Assembly (NCBI GenBank): GCA_964418255.1
Contig: CAYQKV010000002.1
Span: forward strand, 178,003 to 242,002
Reading direction: 5' to 3'
DNA length: 64,000 nucleotides
DNA from: an uncultured Christensenella sp.
Lineage (GTDB): Bacteria > Bacillota > Clostridia > Christensenellales > DTU072
The notes under the pieces are model-generated. The model ran no database searches and was not told where the DNA came from. It saw only the letters and a program-made list of their open reading frames with translations. The translations under genes and the position numbers were made by a program. Positions within the stretch are counted from its first letter, which is position 1; each line of letters opens with the position of its first letter. Below are positions 40,502-49,898 of this stretch, piece by piece.

Positions 40502-41314
40502 ATGTACGCGTATTTCAATATAATTCATATAATGTATCTGTTTTTACCGATAGTACTGCTTATATGTTTTTATAATATTTTCAAAAACAAATCAAAAAAA
40601 GCGCAGAATATTATGATGCTCTGCTGCCTTGTCGTAAGCGCGTGCATAACTTTTTACGATATGTTCTGCCTCGTACCGACAGGCGGGTGGAAAACTGTTT
40701 TTAGAAATCTGCCGCTTTTTCCGTGCGATTTGAACAACTTTATCTTGCCGTACGCAATTCTGAAAAAGAAAAACCGTCCGCTGCTCGATAAGTATATTGC
40801 GTACTACACGGTCGTGGGCGCGATAATGACCCTCGTCGTTCCCGTAGCGGAAAATAATATGTATTATTTTTACGAATACGAGGTGTGGGGTACGTTCCTC
40901 GCGCATTCGATTTATATCGTCGTGGCGGTGCTTTATTACAAGTTTAACAATATCAAAACGTCGTCGAAAGAGCCGTGGAAAGTGCTTGCGATATTGATTG
41001 CTATGATGACCGTGGCGCACGGTGTAAACCTCGCGCTTATTTACAGCGGGCTTAACCCCAATGCAAACTATTTCTTTACAGGGAGACCCGTCGAGGTCGG
41101 GATAGTCTATCGGGCAGCCGTGTTTCTCGGGTACAACGTCCCCTGGATAAGGTGCTACTTCTTTATGTTCGTAGGGTATGTCTGGTGGACGATTACAGCG
41201 TATTTTATACACAAAATTCTCGAAACGGAGACGTTTCAAAGAGTGTGGGGCAAAACGAAAAACGCCGTAAAAAAGGCGTTTACGCCGAAGAAAAAGAAAG
41301 AACAGATTCAGTAA
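40502..41314 (+). CDS. Polytopic membrane protein (possibly YwaF/TMEM164-like)
   Basis: About seven hydrophobic segments. The LPLFPCDLNNF segment resembles the conserved P-x-x-C loop of that family. The family call is weak. Confidence 0.5.
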   Translation: MYAYFNIIHIMYLFLPIVLLICFYNIFKNKSKKAQNIMMLCCLVVSACITFYDMFCLVPTGGWKTVFRNLPLFPCDLNNFILPYAILKKKNRPLLDKYIAYYTVVGAIMTLVVPVAENNMYYFYEYEVWGTFLAHSIYIVVAVLYYKFNNIKTSSKEPWKVLAILIAMMTVAHGVNLALIYSGLNPNANYFFTGRPVEVGIVYRAAVFLGYNVPWIRCYFFMFVGYVWWTITAYFIHKILETETFQRVWGKTKNAVKKAFTPKKKKEQIQ

Positions 41315-41321
41315 CCGAACG

Positions 41322-42005
41322 CTAAACAGACAAAAATTCATCGACCGCGGAATTGAACTTCTCGCGGTTTTTCCTTGCGATATAATGGTCGCCGCAAATT
41401 ATGACAAGATGGGAATTCGGAATAGAAGAAGCGATTAGTTTGGTATGCGAAGATTTGATTACGTCGCGCGTTCCCGCAATTACAAGTACGGGAGATTTGA
41501 TTTCGAAAAGGTCTTCAGGGCGCAGGTCGGGTTGGAAGAGCATTAGAGAAAGAAGCTCTTTTTTGCGCGCGTTTTTCTTGCTTTTATCCGAAAAAAGAGA
41601 AGCGAGTTTATAGGAAAGTTTCATAAAAAGCAGAGAACATTTTTTTATTCCCGACGGGAATATGTTCCCGCCGTTAAGAACGAGTTTGTTTACAAAAGTC
41701 GGATATTTAAGAGCGAAAAGGATTGCTATGTTCGCGCCGTCGGAAAATCCGAGTATATCCGCTTTTTCGATGTTGCGGGACAGTAAGAAAGCGTGAAGGT
41801 CGTCGGCAAACTGAGCGAGAGTAAAAGGCTTATCGCCACGCGGGGTCTGTCCGTGTCCGCGCGTATCGACGGCAATTACCCGCCTTTTTTCTGAGAAATA
41901 AGATATTTGGTAGGTGAAATAGGAGCGATTTTCGCCGTTTCCGTGCAGAAGTATAAGAGGATAGCCGCTTCCTTTTTCGGTATAAGACAGAGTTATGTCG
42001 CACAT
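41322..42005 (-). CDS. Alpha/beta-fold hydrolase
   Basis: Contains LILLHGNGEN (oxyanion region) and the nucleophile elbow GFSDG; a C-terminal His is present. Confidence 0.75.
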   Translation of the reverse strand: MCDITLSYTEKGSGYPLILLHGNGENRSYFTYQISYFSEKRRVIAVDTRGHGQTPRGDKPFTLAQFADDLHAFLLSRNIEKADILGFSDGANIAILFALKYPTFVNKLVLNGGNIFPSGIKKCSLLFMKLSYKLASLFSDKSKKNARKKELLSLMLFQPDLRPEDLFEIKSPVLVIAGTRDVIKSSHTKLIASSIPNSHLVIICGDHYIARKNREKFNSAVDEFLSV

Positions 42006-42097
42006 TTTAGGTTGCCTTTTTTCGGTTGTCGGGTAATAATTCTTACGATTATTTATTCGACGAAATAAAGGAAATCACCTAAAAAGTCGAATAGAAG

Positions 42098-42796
42098 TTA
42101 ATTTTGCGGCAAAGCGGACTTGTAATGAACGTTAAAAATCTTTTTTTGCTCATCGTACGAAGCGAGAAGAATGTTTTTAAGGGATTTTTCGTCGGTTACG
42201 CCTATGCCGTTCATAAGCCACTCTTCGGTGTAACCGTGTTCAGCCAGAATATCTTCGCGGATTGAGCCGTCAAGGATAAGATAATCGGTGAGAGCGGGCG
42301 CGGGCGGGGTAATGGAAAGGTCGTTGCAAACGGGCGGTTTTTCTTCGGCTTTGGGCAGAATACTGAGTTTTCCGCTGGTTTCGAAAATGCCGAAAGCAAT
42401 CTGATTTATATCGAAATAGTCCTTGTCGCGCGCCATTCCGATGAGTTCGTCCAAAGTAAGTTTGCTCTTTTTGAGTTCGGTATAGTTGATTTGACCGTTT
42501 TCGATGATAATAAGAGGTTTACCGCAGAGAATTTTTTTCATAAACGTCCCTTTGCGACTTAGAAGGGTTACTATTAGGTCGAAAAATAGGAAGATTGCCA
42601 TCGCGACGACGTAATAATAAAAAGGATTAACGGTGTCGGTAGCCATTTCCGCGGCGATAGACCCGATTGTGATGCCGACTACATAGTCGATAAAGGATAA
42701 CTGCGCAATTTGCTTTTTGCCCAGAACCTTAGCGATTATAAATAAGGTAATGTAGGCGACAACGGAAAAAACAATAACTTTAACAATATCAGGCAT
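42098..42796 (-). CDS. DUF421/YetF-family membrane protein
   Basis: Three N-terminal TM segments with QLSFIDYVVGITIGSIAA, followed by a soluble C-terminal domain. Confidence 0.6.
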   Translation of the reverse strand: MPDIVKVIVFSVVAYITLFIIAKVLGKKQIAQLSFIDYVVGITIGSIAAEMATDTVNPFYYYVVAMAIFLFFDLIVTLLSRKGTFMKKILCGKPLIIIENGQINYTELKKSKLTLDELIGMARDKDYFDINQIAFGIFETSGKLSILPKAEEKPPVCNDLSITPPAPALTDYLILDGSIREDILAEHGYTEEWLMNGIGVTDEKSLKNILLASYDEQKKIFNVHYKSALPQN

Positions 42797-43081
42797 ACCG
42801 TTGATTATTTACCGAAAGAAACGTTCCATACAACGATAAGGTAAAAAATTAAAATCCGACGCGTACGGCGATTGGCAAATTCCAAAAGTTTTTCGTATAA
42901 CTATCGAGCATAGTAAAGGATAGAAAAAAGGTATTAGACATATTTGACAAGATAGTTATATAATGTAAGCGGAAAAAGTCTCTTACATTTTTATCACGGA
43001 GAGAGAAAGACGATACGAGAAGAGCATACCGGGCAAAATCGGAACGCATAAGGATAAGAATCGATAAAACGGAGGCATAAT

Positions 43082-43792
43082 ATGAAACGTATCAAAATTT
43101 TATTTGCGACAATTCTCATAGCCGTATTTACCCTTTCTTTGGCGTCGTGCTCGCTGTTTGGCGGAAGAGATAACGACGGAGATAAGGGTGGGAACAACGA
43201 AGTAACCGACGGAGATACCTCGGGAACGGGCGGCGGAAATAGCGAAAATAACGACGAAAATAAAAACGGCAACGATGAAAACGACGATAAAACGGACAAC
43301 GTGGAAGTAAACGGTAAAAAGATACTTATTGCGTACTTTTCCGCGACGAATACGACAAAGCGCATCGCGGAATTTATTGCGGAAGAGCTGAATGCGGACT
43401 TATATGAAATTATGCCCGCCGAGCCATATTCGTCCGCCGACCTCAACTATAACAGTTCGTCTTCGAGAGCAAGCAAAGAGAATGCGGACGACAACGCCCG
43501 CCCGAAAATCACAAATTCCGTATCGAATATGGGCGATTACGATATTGTCTTTATAGGGTATCCCATATGGTGGGGCAAGGCACCCAAAATCGTTTATGCG
43601 TTTATAGAGTCGTACGATTTTTCGGGTAAGACCGCGATACCTTTCTGTACGTCGGCAAGCAGCGGAATAGGGTCGAGCGCGACAAATCTCGCACGGCTGA
43701 CTTCGGGCGTAACCTGGCTTAGCGTGCAGAGATTTTCTTCAAATTCGACGGAGAACGCGGTGGCAAACTGGGTAAACGGTTTGAATTATTGA
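43082..43792 (+). CDS. Lipoprotein with a low-complexity linker and a flavodoxin-like domain
   Basis: A lipobox signal (FTLSLASC|S) is followed by a G/D/N-rich linker. After that come KILIAYFSATNTTKRIAE and YDIVFIGYPIWWGKAP (flavodoxin fold). Confidence 0.75.
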   Translation: MKRIKILFATILIAVFTLSLASCSLFGGRDNDGDKGGNNEVTDGDTSGTGGGNSENNDENKNGNDENDDKTDNVEVNGKKILIAYFSATNTTKRIAEFIAEELNADLYEIMPAEPYSSADLNYNSSSSRASKENADDNARPKITNSVSNMGDYDIVFIGYPIWWGKAPKIVYAFIESYDFSGKTAIPFCTSASSGIGSSATNLARLTSGVTWLSVQRFSSNSTENAVANWVNGLNY

Positions 43793-43847
43793 AATCGCAG
43801 TTATAATAAAAGAAGTTATAATAAAATTGATAAAAGGAGAAAGAAAA

Positions 43848-44030
43848 GTGAAAGAATTTTTATCATTTACGCCGACGAGAGTGGTATTCGGCGCAGGAAA
43901 ATTAAATGAGTTGGCGAAACAGAAAATGCCCGGAAGTAAAGCTCTTTTAGTCGTGTCGAACGGCAAATCCACGAAAGCAAACGGATACCTTGCTCGCACG
44001 CAAAGATTTCTTGCGGAAGCGGACATATAG
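43848..44030 (+). pseudogene. Remnant of an iron-containing alcohol dehydrogenase (N-terminal ~60 aa only)
   Basis: VKEFLSFTPTRVVFGAGKLNELAKQKMPGSKALLVVSNGKSTKANGYL matches the Fe-ADH N-terminus, but the frame stops at 44030. The remaining ~320 aa of a normal Fe-ADH are absent. Confidence 0.6.
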
Positions 44031-44363
44031 AAAAGGATATGAAACTAATGTGTCCGGGAGCGGATGTAAAACGCGCGCTCGTTGCTTACGAAGGAGGAAT
44101 TACGAAACTGACCGTCGCAAGCTGGATAGAAGGAAAATGAACCGTCCTTGACGATATATTTTTCGACGGGAAGAAATATTTTTCGCAATTTATAAGCGGT
44201 GGAAATTTTTCTACCGCTATATTTTTATATTCAAATTTTCGCAAATTGCTTTCTATTCGTCAAAATATAAAATATAGCAAAATAATGCGATTTTTTAAGC
44301 ATAAGACATAATGTTTATATAATCAAAAACCTTTGGTAACGCATTTTTGTGCCACAAACCATA

Positions 44364-44415
44364 TTGACGGTTTTTGACTGTTATGTTACACTTTTTTTAT
44401 CGTGGTATTACCACG
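44364..44415 (+). promoter_or_regulatory. Promoter plus GntR-type palindromic operator upstream of the GntR/GRE operon
   Basis: TTGACG (44364-44369), 17 nt, then TACACT (44387-44392). The perfect 7-1-7 palindrome CGTGGTA-T-TACCACG (44401-44415) has the GT...AC core typical of GntR/FadR operators. Confidence 0.55.
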
Positions 44416-44426
44416 AAAGGCGGAAA

Positions 44427-45098
44427 ATGCAGAGTTTAACGAAACAGTTTGTAAAAGAAGTTGAGCGCAAAATTCTTACGGGAGAATGGAAAGCGGGAGA
44501 AAAAATACCTGCTTTACGCGTTCTCGCGGAGCAATTTCACGTAAGCAGAAGCGTAATAAACGCGGGGATAGTGGAACTATGCAACAACGGGTATCTTGTT
44601 ACCGTTCCGCGCAGGTACATAATCGTGTCCGACTGGCGAAAGACGGGGAATTTTGCGTTGCTCAACGGGCTTATGGAAAACGAACTGTGCGACGTGGATT
44701 TTTTCGATGATTTTCTCGAAGGGCGAATGACTATTGAGACTGCGATTGCTCGCAAAGCGGCGGAAGCGAGAACGGAAGAGGACCTTGCGGGGATTGAAGC
44801 GGTGTTGAAATCGGAAGCTGAGTGCGTATCTCCCGAGCAGTACGCGGAATCCGACAGAGAATTTCACAATGCAATTGCGGTCGCCTCGCATAATATGATT
44901 TACAGTGTTATTTTGAATTCTTTTAATTCCGTATCTGACAAGTTCGTGCGCGAATTTTACAATAAGAAGATAGATTTGGAGTTTGTCTCTAAAACTCACA
45001 GTGAGCTTTATGAAGCAATAAAAGGGAAACGACCCGACGACGCCGAAAAGGTTATGCGCAAACTTTTGGCGCACGGGGAAAACGAATTAAAAAAATAA
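44427..45098 (+). CDS. GntR-family transcriptional regulator (FadR/FCD-type C-terminal domain)
   Basis: Contains the winged HTH IPALRVLAEQFHVSRSVINAGIVELCNNGYLVTVPRR. The start was set at the ATG at 44427 rather than the track start at 44349. Confidence 0.8.
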   Translation: MQSLTKQFVKEVERKILTGEWKAGEKIPALRVLAEQFHVSRSVINAGIVELCNNGYLVTVPRRYIIVSDWRKTGNFALLNGLMENELCDVDFFDDFLEGRMTIETAIARKAAEARTEEDLAGIEAVLKSEAECVSPEQYAESDREFHNAIAVASHNMIYSVILNSFNSVSDKFVREFYNKKIDLEFVSKTHSELYEAIKGKRPDDAEKVMRKLLAHGENELKK

Positions 45099-45118
45099 AT
45101 AAGTAAGGAGAGAGAAGT

Positions 45119-47608
45119 ATGCCGAAATACGAAGACGCAGTAAAACAACCTAAGAATTTGTCACCTCGTGTCAAATGGCTCAGAGATTACTTTTTCGAGG
45201 GAACGGAAAGAGCCTGGAACAACGAATATAACGTTTTTACACTCGGAACGGAATGGGACAGATGTTATGACGAGCTATCTTATTATATAGTTCCCGAAAC
45301 GAAGACCTTCTTCCAACCGTTTACCACAGGATTCAGAGCGACGGGTAAAATCCTGCCTGTGGACGACGATTTTTTCAAAAAATCGATTGCGGAGAGAAAA
45401 GCCCTTTACGAAAAGGAAGTTATCGTAAACCAAATGCCCAAAGAAATTTTGCCCGGCGACCTTCTTTGCGGCGCGCGTTTCAACGCTATGTATTCGATGT
45501 GTCTTAACAAAAAAGAGAACAAAGAACGCGAAAAGATGATACTTAACGCGCGAAAAGAAATTCTCTTTTTGATTAACCACGGCTACGGCAACGCGGGCGC
45601 GACGAGCGGACATCTCGTTCCCGACTACGCAAAAATCGTAAAGAACGGTTTCAAAGCCGTGTACGCGGACCTGAAACAAAAATACGCCGCGCTCCCCGAA
45701 TCGGATAAAAAGGGCGCAAAAGGCGCGCAGCTCAGAGCTATGATGACGGCTTGCGAAATGCCTCGCGACCTTGCGGCTAAGTACCGTGAAGAATGTTTAA
45801 GTAGGGCGGCGAAAGAAAAGGACGAAACGAGAAAGAAAGAACTTCTCGTTATGGCGGACAACCTTGCCGTCGTGCCCTGGAACGGAGCGGAAGACTTCTA
45901 TCAGGCGATACAGTCCCTTTGGCTTACGCATATGCTGGTTATGTTCGACGAAAAATACCCCGGACCCGGCGTTTCGTTCGGAAGAATAGACCAATATTTG
46001 CTTCCCTATTATGAAAAATCCGTCAAAGACGGTATGAGCAGGGACTTTATGAAAGAAATCTTAGGCTGTTTCTGGGTGCACTGCAACACCGCTTACGACG
46101 CTCAGATAAGAGTAGGTGCGAACCAAGGTATAACCGCAGGTTTCGGACAGCTGTTTAACCTTTCGGGTATGGGTAAGGACGGAAAGGATATGACGAACGA
46201 CCTTACATATTTACTCCTAGACGTTATAGACGATATGTCGCCTATCCTCGAACCGAAGCCCAACGTGAGACTTCACAAAAACACGCCCGAAGAACTTTTG
46301 GACAGAGTTGTCGATATGGTTTCGGCAAGTCAGGGCGCGCCGTTCTTGCTCGACTTCGACGAAAGGTCGATGGCGGGAATGATGAGAGAAGCGAAAAAAG
46401 CGCACGCGGAAAAATACATTAACGAAGGAAACGTGCACGAGTACGTAAGCGTCGGATGTTTGGAAAACACGATGCCCGGCAACGACCGTTCGGGTACGGT
46501 TGACGTAAACGTCAATTTGTTGAAAGCAATGGAGCTTACTTACGGAAACGGAAAAGATTTTATGCCGTTCTACGACCCGATGACGAATAAGTGGAGCGAA
46601 CAGGAACAGGTAAGCGAAAAAACGGGCGAACTTTCGGAACTCGATACGTTCGAAAAATTCTACGCCGCGGTAAAGAAACAGCTTAAATACGTAATCGGAC
46701 GTATGGTAAAACATTACGACTATACCGAAACAATCCGAGCGAAATACAATCCTACGCCTTATCTTTCCTTGCTTGTAAACGGCTGCGCGGAAAAAGGTTT
46801 GGATATTACCCAAGGCGGAGCGGAACTCGGTTTCGTAACCATAGAGGGCGTTACGTTCGCGACGACGGTAGACAGCTTGCTCGCAGTAAAATATCTTGTT
46901 TACGATAAAAAACAGTGCACGCTCGAAGAACTTGTAAAGGCGTTGAAAGCGGACTGGAAAGGATACGAGGTTTTACAGGCAAAAGCCTTGAACCGCGCGC
47001 CCAAATACGGCAGAGACGACGACGAAGCGGACGCTCTCGCGAAAGACTTTATGGAATTCTGGGCGGACGAAACGTGGAAATATAAGACCACCGATACCGA
47101 CAGAATGTTCCGTCCGGGAATGCTTTCCTGGAACTACTGGATAGGCTCGGGATATATTCTGAAAGCAAGCGCGGACGGACGTAACGAAAACAAGTTCCTC
47201 TCGAACGCTATTTGCCCGAGCAACGGCGCGGATATAAACGGACCTACGTCCAACAGTAACTCCGTAGGTAAAGCCCTCGGCGGAAAAGCGGAGAAAGGGG
47301 ATTACGGACAGTATCTAAACTGTTTGCCCAACGGCGCGAGCCATACGATTACTTTCAATACGTCCGTAGTAAAAGACCCTGCGCATAAAGAAAAGTTCAA
47401 GGCGTTTTTAAGAGGATATATCGAAAACGGCGGAACGGCTTTGCAGATAAATATTCTTGACCCGAACGTACTTAGAGACGCGCAGGAACACCCGTCCGAA
47501 TACAGACACTTGCTTGTCCGCGTTACCGGATACAACGCTTATTTCACGAGTATCGGAAGAGAACTCCAAAATGAAATAATCGCAAGAGAAGACCACAAGG
47601 GGTTCTGA
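45119..47608 (+). CDS. Glycyl radical enzyme, GCxE (dehydratase/lyase-like) class, substrate unknown
   Basis: The C-terminal glycyl-radical motif is RVTGYNAYF (Gly codon 47528-47530). The Cys loop is VGCLEN (Cys 46457-46459, Glu 46463-46465). The 829-aa length is typical of PFL-fold GREs. Confidence 0.85.
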   Translation: MPKYEDAVKQPKNLSPRVKWLRDYFFEGTERAWNNEYNVFTLGTEWDRCYDELSYYIVPETKTFFQPFTTGFRATGKILPVDDDFFKKSIAERKALYEKEVIVNQMPKEILPGDLLCGARFNAMYSMCLNKKENKEREKMILNARKEILFLINHGYGNAGATSGHLVPDYAKIVKNGFKAVYADLKQKYAALPESDKKGAKGAQLRAMMTACEMPRDLAAKYREECLSRAAKEKDETRKKELLVMADNLAVVPWNGAEDFYQAIQSLWLTHMLVMFDEKYPGPGVSFGRIDQYLLPYYEKSVKDGMSRDFMKEILGCFWVHCNTAYDAQIRVGANQGITAGFGQLFNLSGMGKDGKDMTNDLTYLLLDVIDDMSPILEPKPNVRLHKNTPEELLDRVVDMVSASQGAPFLLDFDERSMAGMMREAKKAHAEKYINEGNVHEYVSVGCLENTMPGNDRSGTVDVNVNLLKAMELTYGNGKDFMPFYDPMTNKWSEQEQVSEKTGELSELDTFEKFYAAVKKQLKYVIGRMVKHYDYTETIRAKYNPTPYLSLLVNGCAEKGLDITQGGAELGFVTIEGVTFATTVDSLLAVKYLVYDKKQCTLEELVKALKADWKGYEVLQAKALNRAPKYGRDDDEADALAKDFMEFWADETWKYKTTDTDRMFRPGMLSWNYWIGSGYILKASADGRNENKFLSNAICPSNGADINGPTSNSNSVGKALGGKAEKGDYGQYLNCLPNGASHTITFNTSVVKDPAHKEKFKAFLRGYIENGGTALQINILDPNVLRDAQEHPSEYRHLLVRVTGYNAYFTSIGRELQNEIIAREDHKGF

Positions 47609-47610
47609 TA

Positions 47611-48537
47611 ATGCTTATTCTCAATTACCAAAGAATGTCGACAGAGGACGGTCCGGGACTTAGAACAACCCTGTTCGTAAAAGGCTGTCCTCTCAAATGC
47701 AGATGGTGCCATAACCCCGAAAGCATAGCGGTAAAACCGCAGGTGGAATGGCTCGAAGTAAGGTGTATAGGGTGCGGAACTTGCATAAAGGAGTGCCCGA
47801 ACCACGTACTTAAAGCAACGGAAAACGGAATAATCATAGACAGAGATACTTGCGTTGCGTGCGGAAGATGCGTAGAAGAATGTCCTACCGGAGCGATAGA
47901 ACTCAAAGGCAAATACGTTACGGTAAAAGAGGCGTTTGACGAACTTATAAAAGACGAAGCATATTTCGGAAAAGACGGCGGAGTAACGCTGTCGGGCGGA
48001 GAGATAACGATGCAATCGAAAGAAGCCGCCGAACTTTTGAAAATGCTTAAAGAGAGAGGAATAGGAACGGCGCTCGACACCTGCGGACTTACGACGAAAG
48101 AGAATTTGGATTTGCTTTTCCCGTATGTGGACGTGTTTTTATACGACATAAAACATATCGACGCGGAAAAACACAAAGAGTTCACGGGCGTAAGCAACGA
48201 GGTTATTTTAGAGAACTTCGACTATCTCGCGGAAAAGGTTAAAGGCACGGATAAGCGCATTTGGGTGCGCACGCCCATAATTCCCGGGACAACGGATACA
48301 GACGAAAACATTCGAGGCATTGCGAAGTTTATAAAAGGAAAATACGAGCGTTGGGAAATGTGCGCGTTTAACAATCTTTGCAGGGATAAGTACGAGAGAC
48401 TGTACCAAGACTGGTTCTACAAGAAGACCGAACTTATGACTGCGGAGAGAATGAACGAACTTGTGGCAATAGCTAGGGAAGAAGGACTTACCGAAGTATA
48501 CGGAACAGGCGCAACTCGCCTAAAAAAAGGAGTGTAA
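47611..48537 (+). CDS. Glycyl-radical-enzyme activating enzyme (radical SAM, with two auxiliary 4Fe-4S ferredoxin motifs)
   Basis: Contains CPLKCRWC (CxxxCxxC), plus CIGCGTCIKECP and CVACGRCVEECP. It starts 2 nt after the GRE stop. Confidence 0.88.
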   Translation: MLILNYQRMSTEDGPGLRTTLFVKGCPLKCRWCHNPESIAVKPQVEWLEVRCIGCGTCIKECPNHVLKATENGIIIDRDTCVACGRCVEECPTGAIELKGKYVTVKEAFDELIKDEAYFGKDGGVTLSGGEITMQSKEAAELLKMLKERGIGTALDTCGLTTKENLDLLFPYVDVFLYDIKHIDAEKHKEFTGVSNEVILENFDYLAEKVKGTDKRIWVRTPIIPGTTDTDENIRGIAKFIKGKYERWEMCAFNNLCRDKYERLYQDWFYKKTELMTAERMNELVAIAREEGLTEVYGTGATRLKKGV

Positions 48538-48538
48538 A

Positions 48539-49357
48539 ATGAACAAAATCAGTAAAGAAAACTTTGAAATTTTTGAAAAAAGCGAAAAGCTGGGCGTTGT
48601 TGCTACGATAGACGACGTAGGAGACCCTCATCTCACGCTGCTTACCACGATAATGGCGAAGAGCGAAAAAGAAATGGTCGTAGGCGAGTTTACCAAAGGA
48701 CTCAGCAAAAGATATATGCAGGAACGCAATAAATGCGGATTTGCGATAATGGGACTGGATATGAACTTCTGGACGGGCACGATGAACTGGAAAGCAGTCA
48801 AGACCGAGGGAGACGAGTTTGTAAAGTACAACAATATGCAAATGTGGCGTTTCAATACGTATTTCGGAATCGGCAAGGTACATTATTTCGATTTGAAAGA
48901 AATATCGGAAAAGAAAGCGTTGGAAATACCGAAAATCGCAGTAAACGAAATAAGAGGAATACTCAGCAAACCCTTTATGAAATATAAAGGCGAAAAGATT
49001 TTGCGCCCGTATGCGGTTGACCTCATCGACGCGCTCGGAAATCCCAAGTTTGTTTCGTTTATAAACGAAAAAGGCTATCCCGTCGTGGTGCCTGCCGTAC
49101 AGGCGCAGGAAGCGGGCGGAAATACCGTTATCTTCACCGCCGCGCCGTACAAAAAAGAACTTGCCGCGTTGAAAAAGGGAATGAGAGTGGCGTTTATGGC
49201 AATCAGCCTCGATATGGAAACCGTTGTCGTCAAAGGTACGTTCTCCGGTTTCAAGGGCGGAATAGGCAGAGTCAAAATCGACAGAGTGTACAACTCTATC
49301 CCGCCGATATGCCGTTATATTTATCCTTACGACGACTTTACCACGCCGAAGGTATAA
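48539..49357 (+). CDS. Tandem split-barrel (pyridoxamine-5'-phosphate-oxidase-like) flavoprotein-fold protein
   Basis: Two halves each begin with a PNPOx-like segment (LGVVATIDDVGDPHLTLL and FVSFINEKGYPVVVPA). The gene starts 1 nt after the activase stop. The family call is tentative. Confidence 0.45.
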   Translation: MNKISKENFEIFEKSEKLGVVATIDDVGDPHLTLLTTIMAKSEKEMVVGEFTKGLSKRYMQERNKCGFAIMGLDMNFWTGTMNWKAVKTEGDEFVKYNNMQMWRFNTYFGIGKVHYFDLKEISEKKALEIPKIAVNEIRGILSKPFMKYKGEKILRPYAVDLIDALGNPKFVSFINEKGYPVVVPAVQAQEAGGNTVIFTAAPYKKELAALKKGMRVAFMAISLDMETVVVKGTFSGFKGGIGRVKIDRVYNSIPPICRYIYPYDDFTTPKV

Positions 49358-49435
49358 AGATGTCTCCAAAACGAATAAACAGGTTTTGGGAAACAATTTG
49401 CGACAGTTAAGGCAATCAATTAAATAAAAAGAGTA

Positions 49436-49467
49436 AAAACGGAAGGCTGTATGAGACTTCCGTTTTT
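49436..49467. terminator. Bidirectional Rho-independent terminator between convergent genes
   Basis: AAAACGGAAG-loop-CTTCCGTTTT, with A/T runs on both sides. Confidence 0.75.
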
Positions 49468-49519
49468 GTATGTAAAGTGCGCTGTAAATGACGATTAAAA
49501 CACAGAGTATCTTTTTATT

Positions 49520-49873
49520 TTATATGCAATTCAATGCTAATACTACGCGCGACAGAGCAGACAATGACGACATTGCCGAACCGACAATGAGAACCTCTAT
49601 TACAACGATTATTACGCCGAGAACAATGTTAACGATAAATCCGATTAGAGCTCCTTTTCCTGCCGTTTTCGCGTCGGCGGGTCTTGTGTTTTTCCAGACC
49701 AAATACAAAATCAAGCCTACAACAGGCAGGAAAAAACCTAAAACTGCCCACCCGGCAGAGCCTTCCGAACTTGCGTTGGTTGACGGCGTTTGCGAGCCTA
49801 CCGGGCAACCGCAGTGAGGGCATATCACCGCTTCATCCATAATCGACTGTCCGCATTTTTGACAATACTTCAT
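49520..49873 (-). CDS. Zinc-ribbon N-terminal domain fused to a two-TM membrane domain (117 aa)
   Basis: MKYCQKCGQSIMDEAVICPHCGCPV is followed by hydrophobic segments. The start was set at the ATG at 49873, downstream of AAAGGAG, rather than the track start at 49957. Confidence 0.7.
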   Translation of the reverse strand: MKYCQKCGQSIMDEAVICPHCGCPVGSQTPSTNASSEGSAGWAVLGFFLPVVGLILYLVWKNTRPADAKTAGKGALIGFIVNIVLGVIIVVIEVLIVGSAMSSLSALSRVVLALNCI

Positions 49874-49898
49874 AAATATTACTCCTTTATGTTTGATT

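Noticed and set aside
42797-43081. Promoter or attenuator call upstream of the flavodoxin lipoprotein (TTGACA at ~42945 and hairpin TGTAAG...CTTACATTTTT).
   Set aside because: The spacing from TTGACA to the nearest TATAAT is only ~10 nt, and the hairpin is short. The evidence is insufficient to annotate.
42994-43446. 150-aa minus-strand ORF with a Ser/Phe/Leu-rich sequence.
   Set aside because: It is antisense to the low-complexity linker of the flavodoxin lipoprotein and has no start context.
49488-49817. 109-aa plus-strand ORF antisense to the zinc-ribbon membrane gene.
   Set aside because: It is an antisense shadow of a gene with a clear SD, a zinc ribbon and TM segments.
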